In this document: piece by piece, positions 9,015 through 19,793 of the stretch
How the letters are laid out: each line of letters starts with the position of its first letter
Numbering within the stretch: the first letter of the stretch is position 1
Assembly (NCBI GenBank): GCA_023265625.1
Contig: JAHFST010000014.1
Location: 8,005-72,004, forward strand
DNA: 64,000 bases
Reading direction: 5' to 3'
Origin: Deltaproteobacteria bacterium
GTDB taxonomy: Bacteria > UBA10199 > JACPAL01 > JAHFST01
Translations under genes and position numbers: made by a program
Notes under the pieces: model-generated
What the model saw: only the letters and a program-made list of their open reading frames with translations
Databases searched by the model: none
What the model was told of the DNA's origin: nothing

Positions 9015-9736
9015 GTGATAATTTGGCTGAGGTGAATTATAAAATTGAGCTGGATGCCTTTGAAGGCCCGTTGGATCTCCTCCTCTACCTGGTCAAAAAA
9101 GAGGATATTGATATCTATGATATCCCCATTTCTCACCTGCTCGGGGAATATTTAAAATATATCGAACTGGCCGAAGAATTGAATATCGACTTGGCGGGCG
9201 AGTTTATCGAGATGGCTTCGGAGTTGGCCTACATCAAGTCAAAGATGCTCCTGCCCGAGAGCCAGATGGAAGAAGAAGAGGGGCCGGACCCGAGGGCGGA
9301 TTTGGTGGCTCGGCTCATTGAATATCAAAAATTTAAAGGTGCCGCCCAGGCCCTGATGGCACGGCCGTTGTTGGGACGCGATGTCTTCAATCGTCCCGCC
9401 TCATTGCCGGAGGCAGAGGTAGATGCTGGGCTTGACGTTGATTTGCTGGCCTTGTTGGCCGCCTTCGAAGGGGTGTTGAAACGACTCCCCCAGGATAAGG
9501 CCCATGAGGTCTATCGGGAACGGGTGGGGGTCTCGGAACGCATCATTGAATTGGTGGAATTTTTTCGGGATAAGGGTGAAGTGCGTTTTATCGATCTTTT
9601 TAGGGAGCATCGGACCCGTCAGGAAGTGGTCGTGACCCTCTTGGCCATTTTGGAGATGGCACGACAAAAATTGCTGCGGGTGACTCAGGGAAAGGTGTAT
9701 GGGGAGATCGTGGTGCATCCGGCGATAACGGCATAA
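9011..9736 (+). CDS. scpA: segregation and condensation protein A
   Basis: LDAFEGPLDLLLYLVKKEDIDIYDIPI is the kleisin ScpA N-terminus. ATGA overlap with trpS. Confidence 0.85.
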   Translation: MSDNLAEVNYKIELDAFEGPLDLLLYLVKKEDIDIYDIPISHLLGEYLKYIELAEELNIDLAGEFIEMASELAYIKSKMLLPESQMEEEEGPDPRADLVARLIEYQKFKGAAQALMARPLLGRDVFNRPASLPEAEVDAGLDVDLLALLAAFEGVLKRLPQDKAHEVYRERVGVSERIIELVEFFRDKGEVRFIDLFREHRTRQEVVVTLLAILEMARQKLLRVTQGKVYGEIVVHPAITA

Positions 9737-9742
9737 ATTCAA

Positions 9743-9766
9743 GGGCGCAGCAAGCGGCGCCCCTAC
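9743..9766. repeat. variant palindrome (GGGCGCAGCAAGCGGCGCCCCTAC) between scpA and scpB
   Basis: GC-rich hairpin ending in the family-typical CCCCTAC. Confidence 0.5.
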
Positions 9767-9777
9767 AGGAGAAAATT

Positions 9778-10491
9778 ATGGAACTAAAAAATCTCATGGA
9801 AGCCGTGGTCTTTGCGGCGGGTCGTACCGTGGCGGTGGGGGAGGTTTTGTCGCTGGTGGAGGCCACCGAGACGGGGCTGCAGGTAACCCGTAAGGAAATC
9901 GAGCAGGCCTTTGGGGAATTGGTGCAAGAATGGCAGGAACGTGGCCGGGGTTTTACCTTGGAAGAAGTCGCGGGGGGGTATGAGTTCCGCAGTCGGCCGG
10001 AGTATGCGCCGATGCTGGCCGTGCTGAACCAATCGCGCCCCCAGCGACTGTCAACTCCCGCCATTGAGAGCCTGGCGGTGATTGCCTATCGACAACCGGT
10101 GACACGGGGCGAGCTTGAGTCGTTGCGTGGGGTGGATTGTGCCGGGGTGCTGAAAAGCTTGAGTGAGCGTAACCTGATTCGTGCGATTGGCCGTAAAGAG
10201 GAGCCGGGACGTCCGTTGTTGTACGGCACCACCCACGACTTCTTAGAATTATTCGGCTTGAAAGATTTGGGAGAATTGCCTCCCTTGAAGGAGTTTGAGG
10301 AAAAAATTCGCGAGCATCAAGAGGTCGCTCCCCTGACGATTGCGGACCTGACCACGGCGCCTGAAGAGTTCGAGGCGTTGGACGGAGAGGATCAAAAGGC
10401 CCTGGACGACTTGGAAACCTCCTTGGCCGAGCTCAAGGCCGTGGAGAAAAAAATGGTGCCCGAGGAAATCAAGGAAGAGCAGGCGGTATGA
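9778..10491 (+). CDS. scpB: SMC-Scp complex subunit ScpB
   Basis: Winged-helix pattern EAVVFAAGRTV ... SLAVIAYRQPVTRGELESLRGVD. AGGAGA SD upstream. Confidence 0.85.
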   Translation: MELKNLMEAVVFAAGRTVAVGEVLSLVEATETGLQVTRKEIEQAFGELVQEWQERGRGFTLEEVAGGYEFRSRPEYAPMLAVLNQSRPQRLSTPAIESLAVIAYRQPVTRGELESLRGVDCAGVLKSLSERNLIRAIGRKEEPGRPLLYGTTHDFLELFGLKDLGELPPLKEFEEKIREHQEVAPLTIADLTTAPEEFEALDGEDQKALDDLETSLAELKAVEKKMVPEEIKEEQAV

Positions 10492-10925
10492 AAATGAACC
10501 GGTATTTTTGGCTGCTGCTTTTTGTGGCGCTTCCAGCCGTGGGACATGCCGATTACAAGGCTCGTTGCATTGGGGGCGATGGTAAATCCGGGCGTTGTTC
10601 GTTGCTGGTGGGTGATGCCACGTTAAAAATACATTATTCTTTGGGGAACCTGGATGTCGTGATCCCTGGTGGGCAAATTACGGCCCTGAATACGGGGCGT
10701 CCCAATGACCATAAAAACTTTGCCATCGCGCTGCAAGAAGGCGGGGGCACCATTACCTTGCCACTCGCCACGCAACAGGCCGATGAAATTCCGTTGGGTA
10801 TTGCCTTTGTCAATGACCAGGGAGTATCCCAGGCGGTATTGGTCCTGATCAAGGATGCTCAAAAAGCCGAGGCCCTGAAACTCCAGCTAGAAACAATCCG
10901 TAAACGTCCCGAGACACGCCCGTAA
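10488..10925 (+). CDS. hypothetical secreted protein
   Basis: Signal peptide MKMNRYFWLLLFVALPAVGHA. ATGA overlap with scpB. Confidence 0.55.
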   Translation: MKMNRYFWLLLFVALPAVGHADYKARCIGGDGKSGRCSLLVGDATLKIHYSLGNLDVVIPGGQITALNTGRPNDHKNFAIALQEGGGTITLPLATQQADEIPLGIAFVNDQGVSQAVLVLIKDAQKAEALKLQLETIRKRPETRP

Positions 10926-10940
10926 GACCCGTGGTTAACC

Positions 10941-10969
10941 TTGACAATTCACGGCACTAGGGTACAACC
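10941..10969 (+). promoter_or_regulatory. possible sigma70 promoter of the tRNA gene
   Basis: TTGACA at 10941-10946, 16-nt spacer, TACAAC. About 12 nt upstream of the tRNA 5' end. Confidence 0.3.
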
Positions 10970-10980
10970 GCCCCACTGAT

Positions 10981-11054
<74 letters not shown>

Positions 11055-11060
11055 TATTCC

Positions 11061-11099
11061 GAAACGCCGCTTGATTCATTTTTGAGTCAGCGGCGTTTC
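11061..11099 (+). terminator. hairpin terminator candidate after the tRNA
   Basis: GAAACGCCGCT (11061-11071) pairs with AGCGGCGTTTC (11089-11099), followed by a T-rich tract (TGTTAT). Confidence 0.45.
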
Positions 11100-13094
11100 T
11101 GTTATCTAGACATACGGACAAAGGCTGTGTTACTTTTTCATCCTGTGGTGGAATATTCATCTTACGGGCTTTTGGATATTCGTTTTTCTGATTTTACGGC
11201 GCGGCATGTGTTTGCTGCCAAGTTGCGATTGGTCATCCTGCTGGGGTTTTGGGGGATGTGTTTTCTTTTTTATCCGGGTCTTCTGCTCCTGAAACAACCG
11301 ATTGTCCTCATTATCAGCGGGACTTTTGTCGTCACCACCATCTGCTACATTTTTATCCTGAAAGGCCTCGCCCCGATTTTTTTCTTCATCATTGAATTGG
11401 CGGCCGATGTGGCCGCCCAGACCGTGGTGGTTTACCTGACCGGCGGCGTGAGCAGTAATTTTTTCACCATTTACATCATCTACTGCTGTGCCGGCGGGTT
11501 GTTCTACAACTACAAGGTTTCCGCGGTGATTGCGTTGTTGAGCCTGCTTTTTTATTCCGGGTTGTTGTTGTCGACGCATCTCGGATGGATCACGGTGTTC
11601 AATTATCCGTTTCGGGAGATAGGGTTGTTTCCGCAAAGCCCGCTATTCCAGAACTGGTCTGTATTGGCCATTTTTTTGGTCATTGGAATTTATGGCATTC
11701 GGATCGCCCATCATTTTACGCAAGTGCGGGAAAATGCCCTGGAATCAAAAAACCGTGAACTTGTTTCGCTGAATCGAGTCTCTTCCACGACACGCGGTGG
11801 CTACGATCTGGATCTGGTCCGTCGTGAAGTTATTCAAGGCGTCAAGCAAGGGTTGGGTTATGAGGCGGCTTTTTTGTTATTTCGTGATGAAGAAAAGGGT
11901 GTGATGCGTCCTTACATTCCCAAGGATGAGAATTACGGGGATCTTTTTGAGCAAGCGATCGGTCAATTCTTGGAGGGTACGGCTTTTTCTTTGAACAACG
12001 AAGAAAATCTCATTGCCCAGGTGATTCATAAAAAGAAGGTGTTTATTCGCTACGAACTCTCCGCCCTGACCAGCGGATCGATCCCGCCCATCCCCAAAGA
12101 AACGGCGGAGCTTTTACAAAAGAAATATGGGTTGCGAAAATTCATCGCCGCTCCGTTGGTGGCCGAGCAGAAGATCTTTGGGGTGCTGGTGGCGGTGACG
12201 CGCGACCCGTGGATTGAGCCGGATGCCGTCAAGGCCTTTGAGGGGTTTTCCGATCAGGCGGCCCTGGTCATCGATAACGTTTTGTTAATTGAGAAGTTGA
12301 GGCAGCAAAACGCCGAACTCGAGCGAGTCAGCCGGGTCAAGTCGGAATTTTTATCGACGATGAGCCATGAATTAAGAACCCCTCTGACGGCCATTATTGG
12401 ATTTTCAGAGTTGTTGTTGGACGGGGCGATGGGAGATTTGACCGGGGATCAAAAGGAGAGCCTCCGGGAGGTGCTGACCAACGGGGAGAGCTTGTTGGAT
12501 CTGATTAATAGTTTGTTGGACCTCGCCAAGATCGAATCGGGCAAGATGGAGTTTCATTTGGAGCCGGTTGATTTGTCGGGCCTGTTGGATCGTATCGAAG
12601 GCATGATTCATTCCTTAATACACAAAAAATCCCACCAATTGAGCCTCCAGGTGCCCCAGGAATTACGGCTCATCTATGCGGATGAGAAAAAATTGCAGCA
12701 GATTTTACTCAATTTGATCTCAAATGCGATTAAGTTTACCCCCGATGAGGGAAAAATTGTGGTGGCGATTAAACATTACGAGAGGTCTCTTCCTAAAGAG
12801 ATCACCACCCACATTCGCTCGCTAGGAAATTTTTCAAATGGGGCTATTGAGTTTTCGGTGAGCGACAACGGCATTGGTATTCCGGCAAAACATTTGGGAA
12901 AAATCTTTAATTCCTTTCAGCAGGTCGACAGCTCGTTTACCCGTGAACATCAAGGCACCGGGCTGGGGCTGGCCCTGACGCGTCAGTTCGTCGAATTGCA
13001 TGGGGGGGAGATTTGGGTGGAAAGCCGGCCGGATCAGGGATCGGTTTTTACTTTTCTACTCCCATGGGTCACTGGGACCCCTGCATTAAATTAG
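11082..13094 (+). CDS. sensor histidine kinase (polytopic membrane domain + GAF + HisKA + HATPase_c)
   Basis: About 6 TM segments, SHELRTPL H-box, N/G boxes (LISNAIKFT, DNGIGI, GTGLGL). The true start is probably downstream (e.g. GTG 11127 or 11208), because 11082 lies inside the tRNA terminator hairpin. Confidence 0.85.
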   Translation: MSQRRFCYLDIRTKAVLLFHPVVEYSSYGLLDIRFSDFTARHVFAAKLRLVILLGFWGMCFLFYPGLLLLKQPIVLIISGTFVVTTICYIFILKGLAPIFFFIIELAADVAAQTVVVYLTGGVSSNFFTIYIIYCCAGGLFYNYKVSAVIALLSLLFYSGLLLSTHLGWITVFNYPFREIGLFPQSPLFQNWSVLAIFLVIGIYGIRIAHHFTQVRENALESKNRELVSLNRVSSTTRGGYDLDLVRREVIQGVKQGLGYEAAFLLFRDEEKGVMRPYIPKDENYGDLFEQAIGQFLEGTAFSLNNEENLIAQVIHKKKVFIRYELSALTSGSIPPIPKETAELLQKKYGLRKFIAAPLVAEQKIFGVLVAVTRDPWIEPDAVKAFEGFSDQAALVIDNVLLIEKLRQQNAELERVSRVKSEFLSTMSHELRTPLTAIIGFSELLLDGAMGDLTGDQKESLREVLTNGESLLDLINSLLDLAKIESGKMEFHLEPVDLSGLLDRIEGMIHSLIHKKSHQLSLQVPQELRLIYADEKKLQQILLNLISNAIKFTPDEGKIVVAIKHYERSLPKEITTHIRSLGNFSNGAIEFSVSDNGIGIPAKHLGKIFNSFQQVDSSFTREHQGTGLGLALTRQFVELHGGEIWVESRPDQGSVFTFLLPWVTGTPALN

Positions 13095-13329
13095 ACCATC
13101 TTCCCGAAATTAAACGATTTTACTGTTAAGTTCCTGAATTTTTAGGTATATATGGGATCGCTTGGGGCACAGTCCATCGATTCACAGGTTGGGCAGCATC
13201 CTGTCAGAGGTCCCGAAATGGGTTCACGCTTTTGGTGTACCTTGCAGGGTGTATACCGGTGATGTGTGGACGGCCTGATAACTCTCGTTGGGCATAAAGC
13301 CAGAGGAGGGTTGTCTAGGGAGAGGGCGA

Positions 13330-14286
13330 TTGCTGGGGATTAGAAAATATACATGGGTTCTGCATATTGCGACCATCGCGGTCTGCGCCTATTTTGTGGC
13401 GCAGGGAGTTTCAACTTATGTGGCCAGTCTTCTCGATACGGGAACACCCCCTGCGGCGGTTCGGCAGGCAAAAGAGGTGGTCGCGTCTGATGCGGAGGCA
13501 AACCCGGAGGCTTATCAGGTTATCGCGGAGCGTAATATTTTTGATTCGTCGGGTTCGGCTGTGGCAACCGAAGAGGCCGCATCGGAAGAGACTGAGGAGC
13601 TCACTCCCGGTGAGATGGGACCGGCGGTTAAAACCAGTTTGGATATCACCCTGGGGGGGACCTTGGTGATTGGTGACGGATTGGATCGGCGCTCATCGGC
13701 CCTGGTTTCCTCGGGCAAGGCTAAGGAAGGGAAGGTTTATTTTGTTGGGGACACAGAAAGTTTTTCCCCCAACGTGAAGATTACCAAGGTAGAGAAGAAT
13801 CGTATCGAATTTATGAATGGCAATAAGTTGGAATTTGCCGAATTGGAAGACGGCTCCAAGGAAAAAAGCATATTTGCCTCGCGCGATGAGGTTTTTGGAA
13901 AAGGTACGGGAGGTTTGGATAAGAAGACCGCCGAGGAGGCGAAGCCCGTCGGCGCTGAAGGGGCAGAAGAGGGACTGATTGTGGTGGATCAAAAGGAAAT
14001 CAACAATGCCTTGGCCAATCTCGACCAGCTTTACTCAGAGGTTAGGCTCGTACCCAACTTCTCTGGGGGGCAATCCAAGGGACTTAAGCTACTTTCTGTA
14101 AAACCCGGAAGCCTTGTTTCCAAATTGGGCATTCGACGTGGAGATGTACTTGAAAAAATTAATGGAGAAGAGTTAGATATCAAACGCGGGATGGAGTTGT
14201 TTACTCAGCTCAAGGATTTGAAAAATTTCTCGATGGATATTGTGCGCGGAGGCAAAAATAAAACCTTGGCCTATGAAATCAGGTAG
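13330..14286 (+). CDS. gspC: type II secretion system protein GspC (TM + PDZ)
   Basis: N-terminal TM (VLHIATIAVCAYFVAQ), C-terminal PDZ (GLKLLSVKPGSLVSKLGIRRGDVLEKING), position ahead of gspD. TTG 13330 has a GGGAGAGGG SD; 13288 is an alternative start. Confidence 0.7.
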   Translation: MLGIRKYTWVLHIATIAVCAYFVAQGVSTYVASLLDTGTPPAAVRQAKEVVASDAEANPEAYQVIAERNIFDSSGSAVATEEAASEETEELTPGEMGPAVKTSLDITLGGTLVIGDGLDRRSSALVSSGKAKEGKVYFVGDTESFSPNVKITKVEKNRIEFMNGNKLEFAELEDGSKEKSIFASRDEVFGKGTGGLDKKTAEEAKPVGAEGAEEGLIVVDQKEINNALANLDQLYSEVRLVPNFSGGQSKGLKLLSVKPGSLVSKLGIRRGDVLEKINGEELDIKRGMELFTQLKDLKNFSMDIVRGGKNKTLAYEIR

Positions 14287-16795
14287 GTGGATTTTAGCCG
14301 TTGCCGGGATCGTGGCGTCGAGCGCGATGTTTGCGGCAGAGATGACTCCGCTCGGCTCCAAGGGGCCTAACCCCACGGTGGCCCCGCCGCCCGAGGTTAA
14401 TGCCCCCGCCGTGCCGCCAGCTCCGAGGCCGGGTAGCATTCCCGCGACGGTAGCCCCCGTGCCGGAGACTCAGGCCGTCGCGCCGCTCCCTCGTACGAAT
14501 CCTCCCGCATTTTCCCCGGACACATTGCCTGCCAATCCTCTGATCTCTCAAGACAGAAATGCGCCAGCCCCCGTTACCCCCCGGTCTGAGACGGTGCCGG
14601 ATGTGTCTCAGCCCTTAACGGGTGTGCCCGCAGAAACCATCGCCCAGATTGAGAAGCAGGTTGAAGAGGAGGGGATGTATTTTAATGTGGCGGATGAGGA
14701 TATCCGTGAGGTGATCAAGCAAATCAGTCGGGCCTTGGGGAAAAATTTCTTATTGGACGATAAGGTCAAGGGCAAGATCAGTATTATCAGTGAGCGCAAG
14801 ATGACGAAGGACGAAATTTGGGAGGCCTTCCAGTCGTCCCTAGAGGTGATTGGGTACACCTTGGTGCAAGGTCCGGCTGGCCTGCTTCGCTTTGTGCCCA
14901 CCAAAGAAGCCATCCAGAGTCCGATTGATTTCTACACGGAAGATACCCCTTTTACCGATCGGTTTATCACTCGCCTGATCACCTTAAAAAATATCAGTGC
15001 GACGGATATGTCGAATGCCATCAAGGGTATGGTTTCCAAAGAGGGTAATCTTTTTGCCTACCCCGTGACCAATACTCTCATTATTACCGATACGGGGACG
15101 AATATTGATCGCCTGGTCCGTTTGATTCAGCAACTTGATCGAGAAGGGCCCCAGGAGGTCATGGAGATCATTGCCGTACTCTATGCGGATGCCAAGGATG
15201 TGGCGGCTAAAATCAGTCAGATCTACGATGCGGATAAGGGGCAGGCCGCTGCTGCGCCCCGTCCCAGAAGGGCGGGGGGCAAGGATGAGGAAGATGAGAA
15301 GGCGATCCGGAAAATTATTCCCGACGAGCGCACCAATTCATTGATCGTCTTGGCCTCCAAGCGTGCCATTCAGGATATTCACGATTTGGTGAAGCAGTTG
15401 GATGTGCCGCTGACGAAGGGTTCTGGGGTGGTGCATGTTTACTATCTGAATCATGCGAGGGCCAAGGATATCGCCGCCGTCCTGTCGGCCTTGAGCGGAC
15501 AGGTGGGGCAAACCAAGGGGGACGACAAGGGCAACAAGACTGGGGCAGCCGCACTCAGCGGATTGTCGGGACAAGCCAGCCAGTTTTTTGACAAATGGAC
15601 TGTCACCGCCGACGAATCCAATAATGCCTTGGTGATTACGGCCGCCCCCAAGGATTATGACACCTTGGTGAATAGTGTCATTGCCAAACTCGATATTCCC
15701 AGACGCCAGGTTTATGTGGAGGCCGTCATTGTCGAGCTTTCCGTTTCTCAGGATCAACAACTAGGGACGGGGGCCATTGGCGGCAAGAGCTTGAATCTTG
15801 GGGGTGCCGATTTGGCCTTGTTTGGCAGCACCTTTGGTTTTCTGGATCCGACCAAACTGCTGAGCGGGGCCATTGGGGCTGGCAGTAACGATACCAACAC
15901 CATCAACACCCCAAGTTCTACGGGGGGAGCGGCGAATAGTATCTCGGTGCCGGGTTTTTTCACCGCCTTGCAGATGACTCAGGGAAACACCGAGGTCAAT
16001 ATCCTTTCCACCCCGAATATTTTGACCCTTGATAACGAAGAAGCTGAGATCAAAGTGGGTCAAAAAATCCCGTTTCCCAGTGGCACCGCGACCACTATTG
16101 GCGGGAGTTTTCAAACAACCTTTACGCGTGAAGATGTGGCGCTCACTCTGAAAATTAAACCGCAAATTAGCGAGAGTGATACGATTCGTTTGCAGGTGGA
16201 ACAAACCGACCGCGAAGTCTTGCCGAACCAGCAGCAAGCCGTTGTAGCCTCTGGCGGCGGTCCCGCCACGACGGAGCGCTCCTTGAAGACCTCGATCGTG
16301 GCCACCAACCACCAGACCATCGTGTTGGGCGGATTGATCAAGGATAAGAATACCACCGTGACGAACAAGATCCCTCTCTTGGGGGACATCCCCGTCCTGG
16401 GGTATCTCTTCAAGACACGCCAGAAAAACAAGCAGAAGGTTAATTTGGTGGTTTTTTTGACCCCGCATATTATTCATGATGCGCGTGATTTCCTCAGCAT
16501 TTTGGAGAAAAAGATCGATGAGAAGAATGCCTTTATCAGTGAAAATTTCAGTAAGTCGCAGCAGAAACAGATTCACCGTTCCCTGGAAGTTCATGCCAGT
16601 CAGTTGCTCAAATATACCGGGCCGAGCGCTCAGTATACGGATGAGGATAAATTCCCGATCGGTGAAATAGCCCCGACTTACGCCCCTACCGAGCCGGCGC
16701 CTGTTGATAAGGCTGCAGCCCCCGCTAAGAAAAAAGCTCCTCCGGTAAGCGCCCCCCCTTACCATCCCGAGGAAGATATCGATCTCGCGCCCTAA
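14273..16795 (+). CDS. gspD: type II secretion system secretin GspD
   Basis: Signal peptide MKSGRWILAVAGIVASSAMFA, N0-N3 domains, secretin core (VPLLGDIPVLGYLFK). Pro-rich linkers at both ends. The ORF-track start at 14240 is an upstream extension. Confidence 0.9.
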   Translation: MKSGRWILAVAGIVASSAMFAAEMTPLGSKGPNPTVAPPPEVNAPAVPPAPRPGSIPATVAPVPETQAVAPLPRTNPPAFSPDTLPANPLISQDRNAPAPVTPRSETVPDVSQPLTGVPAETIAQIEKQVEEEGMYFNVADEDIREVIKQISRALGKNFLLDDKVKGKISIISERKMTKDEIWEAFQSSLEVIGYTLVQGPAGLLRFVPTKEAIQSPIDFYTEDTPFTDRFITRLITLKNISATDMSNAIKGMVSKEGNLFAYPVTNTLIITDTGTNIDRLVRLIQQLDREGPQEVMEIIAVLYADAKDVAAKISQIYDADKGQAAAAPRPRRAGGKDEEDEKAIRKIIPDERTNSLIVLASKRAIQDIHDLVKQLDVPLTKGSGVVHVYYLNHARAKDIAAVLSALSGQVGQTKGDDKGNKTGAAALSGLSGQASQFFDKWTVTADESNNALVITAAPKDYDTLVNSVIAKLDIPRRQVYVEAVIVELSVSQDQQLGTGAIGGKSLNLGGADLALFGSTFGFLDPTKLLSGAIGAGSNDTNTINTPSSTGGAANSISVPGFFTALQMTQGNTEVNILSTPNILTLDNEEAEIKVGQKIPFPSGTATTIGGSFQTTFTREDVALTLKIKPQISESDTIRLQVEQTDREVLPNQQQAVVASGGGPATTERSLKTSIVATNHQTIVLGGLIKDKNTTVTNKIPLLGDIPVLGYLFKTRQKNKQKVNLVVFLTPHIIHDARDFLSILEKKIDEKNAFISENFSKSQQKQIHRSLEVHASQLLKYTGPSAQYTDEDKFPIGEIAPTYAPTEPAPVDKAAAPAKKKAPPVSAPPYHPEEDIDLAP

Positions 16796-16823
16796 CGTTT
16801 TTTGAGGTATCATGTGAGGTATC

Positions 16824-18542
16824 ATGGAAGAACGTAGCCTAGGTGCCATTCTCTTAGAGACCAGCGCTCTCACCCAAGAACAACTGGATCATGCCCTGAC
16901 CTTTCAGAAGGAAAAAGGCATCCGGTTGGGGGATGCCCTGGTGCAGCTGAAGTTCTTGCGTCAGGAGGACATTTTAAGGGGGATCTCCATCCAAATGGGG
17001 ATGGAGTATTTGAATCGTGTCAATCCCGACGAGATCCCGACGGATCTTATTTCGAATATCCCGCTGAATTATGCCAAAAAAAACGAGGTCCTGCCGATCA
17101 AGGAAGAAAATGGCGAGGTGTGGGTGGCGATGTCGGATCCCTTGAATCATTATGTGGTGGATGACCTGAGGATATTTTTTGGCAAACCCGTGAGGTGTGT
17201 GATCGCCAATGCCTATGAGATTGTCGGGGCCATTAACAGCATCTATAACAAGATGAGCGATGTGGGGGATAAAGGTGTTGAGGAGTTGGAAGGCGGCAAT
17301 CTCGACACGATCGGCCAAGAGTTGGAGGAGGTGCAAGACCTGCTGGAATCCGCCGATGAGGCACCCATTATTCGCTTGGTCAATTCCTTGTTGTTTCGCG
17401 CGGTGAAGCAGAAGGCCTCGGACGTGCATTTTGAACCCTTCGATCGGGAATATATTGTACGTTTTCGGATGGACGGGGTGCTTTACGATATCATGCATCC
17501 CCCCAAAAAAGCCCAAGCGGCCATCACCTCGCGGATCAAGATTATGGCGGCCTTGAACATCGCCGAAAAGCGGCTTCCGCAAGACGGACGCATTCGGATC
17601 AAGATCGCCGGCAAGGATATTGATCTCCGCGTTTCCACGGTCCCGACGGCCCATGGAGAATCCATTGTGTTGCGTCTCCTCGATGCCAGTCAGGTGGTGT
17701 TGGATATGGAAAAGCTGGGTATCTCGGGCAAAGTCTTGGGCCATATGGGTCAGCTCATTGAGAAGAGTCACGGTATTCTATTAGTCACGGGACCCACCGG
17801 GAGCGGTAAGACCACCACCCTCTATGCGGCCTTGGCCAAGATCAATACCCCCGACGTGAAAATAATGACGGTGGAAGATCCGATCGAATACCAGTTGCAT
17901 GGGATCAACCAGATTCCGGTGAATGCCAAAATTGACCTGACCTTTGCGGCGGGCCTGCGCGCCATCCTGCGGCAGGATCCTGATGTCGTGCTCGTGGGTG
18001 AAATTCGTGACAAAGAGACCGCGGAGATTGCGATCCAGGCCTCTCTGACCGGACATTTGGTCCTTTCCACCTTGCATACCAACGATTCGGCCTCTTCGGT
18101 GACGCGCTTGATTGACATGGGGGTTGAGCCTTTTTTGGTGGCTTCGTCTGTCTTGGCAATCTTGGCCCAGCGCTTGGTGCGGAGCGTGTGCCGTGATTGC
18201 GCCCGGAAATATACCCCCACCGAGGTGGAGTTGTCGTTGGCCGGACTGACGCCCGCCGATCTCAAGGGCAAGCAACTGTACCGGGCGGTGGGGTGTGATC
18301 GTTGCATGCAAACGGGTTATGCGGGACGGATTGGCATCCATGAACTGCTCATTATGGATGAAGACGTGCGCAATATGATTATGAAGAATGTGGATGCCGC
18401 GGCGATTAAAAGAGTGGCCATGTCACGAGGGATGGCGACGCTGCGGGAAGACGGCATTCAGAAGGCGATTCGCGGGTTGACCACGTTGGAAGAGGTGATG
18501 ATGCTGACTCAGGAAGATGTGCAGAGAGAGAAAGTTGCCTAA
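16824..18542 (+). CDS. gspE: type II secretion ATPase GspE
   Basis: T2SSE N-domain, Walker A GPTGSGKTTT, Asp/His boxes, tetracysteine CRDC...CDRC. Confidence 0.92.
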   Translation: MEERSLGAILLETSALTQEQLDHALTFQKEKGIRLGDALVQLKFLRQEDILRGISIQMGMEYLNRVNPDEIPTDLISNIPLNYAKKNEVLPIKEENGEVWVAMSDPLNHYVVDDLRIFFGKPVRCVIANAYEIVGAINSIYNKMSDVGDKGVEELEGGNLDTIGQELEEVQDLLESADEAPIIRLVNSLLFRAVKQKASDVHFEPFDREYIVRFRMDGVLYDIMHPPKKAQAAITSRIKIMAALNIAEKRLPQDGRIRIKIAGKDIDLRVSTVPTAHGESIVLRLLDASQVVLDMEKLGISGKVLGHMGQLIEKSHGILLVTGPTGSGKTTTLYAALAKINTPDVKIMTVEDPIEYQLHGINQIPVNAKIDLTFAAGLRAILRQDPDVVLVGEIRDKETAEIAIQASLTGHLVLSTLHTNDSASSVTRLIDMGVEPFLVASSVLAILAQRLVRSVCRDCARKYTPTEVELSLAGLTPADLKGKQLYRAVGCDRCMQTGYAGRIGIHELLIMDEDVRNMIMKNVDAAAIKRVAMSRGMATLREDGIQKAIRGLTTLEEVMMLTQEDVQREKVA

Positions 18543-18547
18543 CCATT

Positions 18548-19780
18548 ATGCCTGCCTTTGAATATCACGGGATCAACACCCAGGGAAAGAATTGTTCCGG
18601 GACCATCGATGCGGATTCCGAGCGTGGGGCCCGGCTCAAGATACGGAAGATCGGGGTTTTCCCCACGTCCATTTCTTTGGAAGGCCAGAGCCGCACCAAG
18701 GGACTCTCCCTGAATGCGAATGTCAATCTGGCAAAATATTTTGAGAGTGTTTCCAACAAAGAAGTGGCGGGCATGACGCGCCAACTCTCCACGTTACTCA
18801 CGGCCCATATCCCCTTGGTCGAGGCCATTGCGGCCCTGGTGGACCAAGTGGAGAATCCCAAGTTGCGCCGGGCCTTGAGTGCCATCAAGGAACAGGTGGT
18901 GCAAGGGGTCAAGTTTTCCGACGCCTTGGCGGCACACCCCGCCATTTTTTCCAAACTTTTTATCTATATGGTGGCCGCGGGGGAGACGTCCGGGGCCATG
19001 GAGACGGTCATGCTGCGCTTGGCCGAATTGATGGAAAAGGCGGCGCAACTACAAGGCAAGATCATCGGGGCTCTGATGTATCCGGCGATCATGGGTTTTG
19101 TGAGTCTTTCTTTGGTTAGTTTTTTGGTGGTCTATGTGGTGCCTAAGGTGACCAAGATCTTTGAAGATGTGCATGCGACCTTGCCCCTCCCCACGAAGAT
19201 CCTCATTGCCACGAGCGATTTCCTGGGCAGTTATTGGTACCTGGCCATTGGGATGACGGTGGGGGGCGTTTATGGATTCAAGCGTTTCATTAAGACTCCC
19301 AAGGGAAAGGATCTTTGGGATGCCTTCACCCTGAAGGCCCCTATTTTTGGAAAATTGTTCCGCATGTTGGCGATTGCGCGCTTTACCCGGACCCTGGCCA
19401 CCCTGCTGGCCAGTGGCGCTCAACTGTTGAATTCACTGGAGATTGTCAAAAATATCGTGCAAAATAACGTCCTGATGCGGGTCATTGAAGAGACCCGTGT
19501 CAGTGTCCGTGAAGGGCAGAGTTTGGCAGAGCCACTGAGGCGAAGTGGCCAATTCCCCCCGATAGTGACCCATATGATTGCGGTCGGGGAGAGAACGGGA
19601 GAGCTGGAACCCATGTTGAATCGAGTGGCCGATGATTTTGAAGCTCAGATTGATACGATGGTGGGGACTCTGACCACTTTGCTTGAACCCATCATGATTT
19701 TGGTGATGGGCGGTGTGGTCTCTTTTATTGTCATGTCCATTTTGTTGCCGATTCTACAACTGAATGATTTAGGGTCGTAA
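18548..19780 (+). CDS. gspF: type II secretion inner-membrane platform GspF
   Basis: Duplicated T2SSF domains, 3 TM, 410 aa, follows gspE. Confidence 0.9.
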   Translation: MPAFEYHGINTQGKNCSGTIDADSERGARLKIRKIGVFPTSISLEGQSRTKGLSLNANVNLAKYFESVSNKEVAGMTRQLSTLLTAHIPLVEAIAALVDQVENPKLRRALSAIKEQVVQGVKFSDALAAHPAIFSKLFIYMVAAGETSGAMETVMLRLAELMEKAAQLQGKIIGALMYPAIMGFVSLSLVSFLVVYVVPKVTKIFEDVHATLPLPTKILIATSDFLGSYWYLAIGMTVGGVYGFKRFIKTPKGKDLWDAFTLKAPIFGKLFRMLAIARFTRTLATLLASGAQLLNSLEIVKNIVQNNVLMRVIEETRVSVREGQSLAEPLRRSGQFPPIVTHMIAVGERTGELEPMLNRVADDFEAQIDTMVGTLTTLLEPIMILVMGGVVSFIVMSILLPILQLNDLGS

Positions 19781-19793
19781 AAAGGGGGAAACA

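Noticed and set aside
15761-17771. Minus-strand ORFs of 370 aa (15761-16873) and 265 aa (16974-17771) antisense to gspD and gspE
   Set aside because: The opposite strand encodes unmistakable secretin and GspE ATPase sequences. The antisense translations have no motifs and a biased R/G/L composition.
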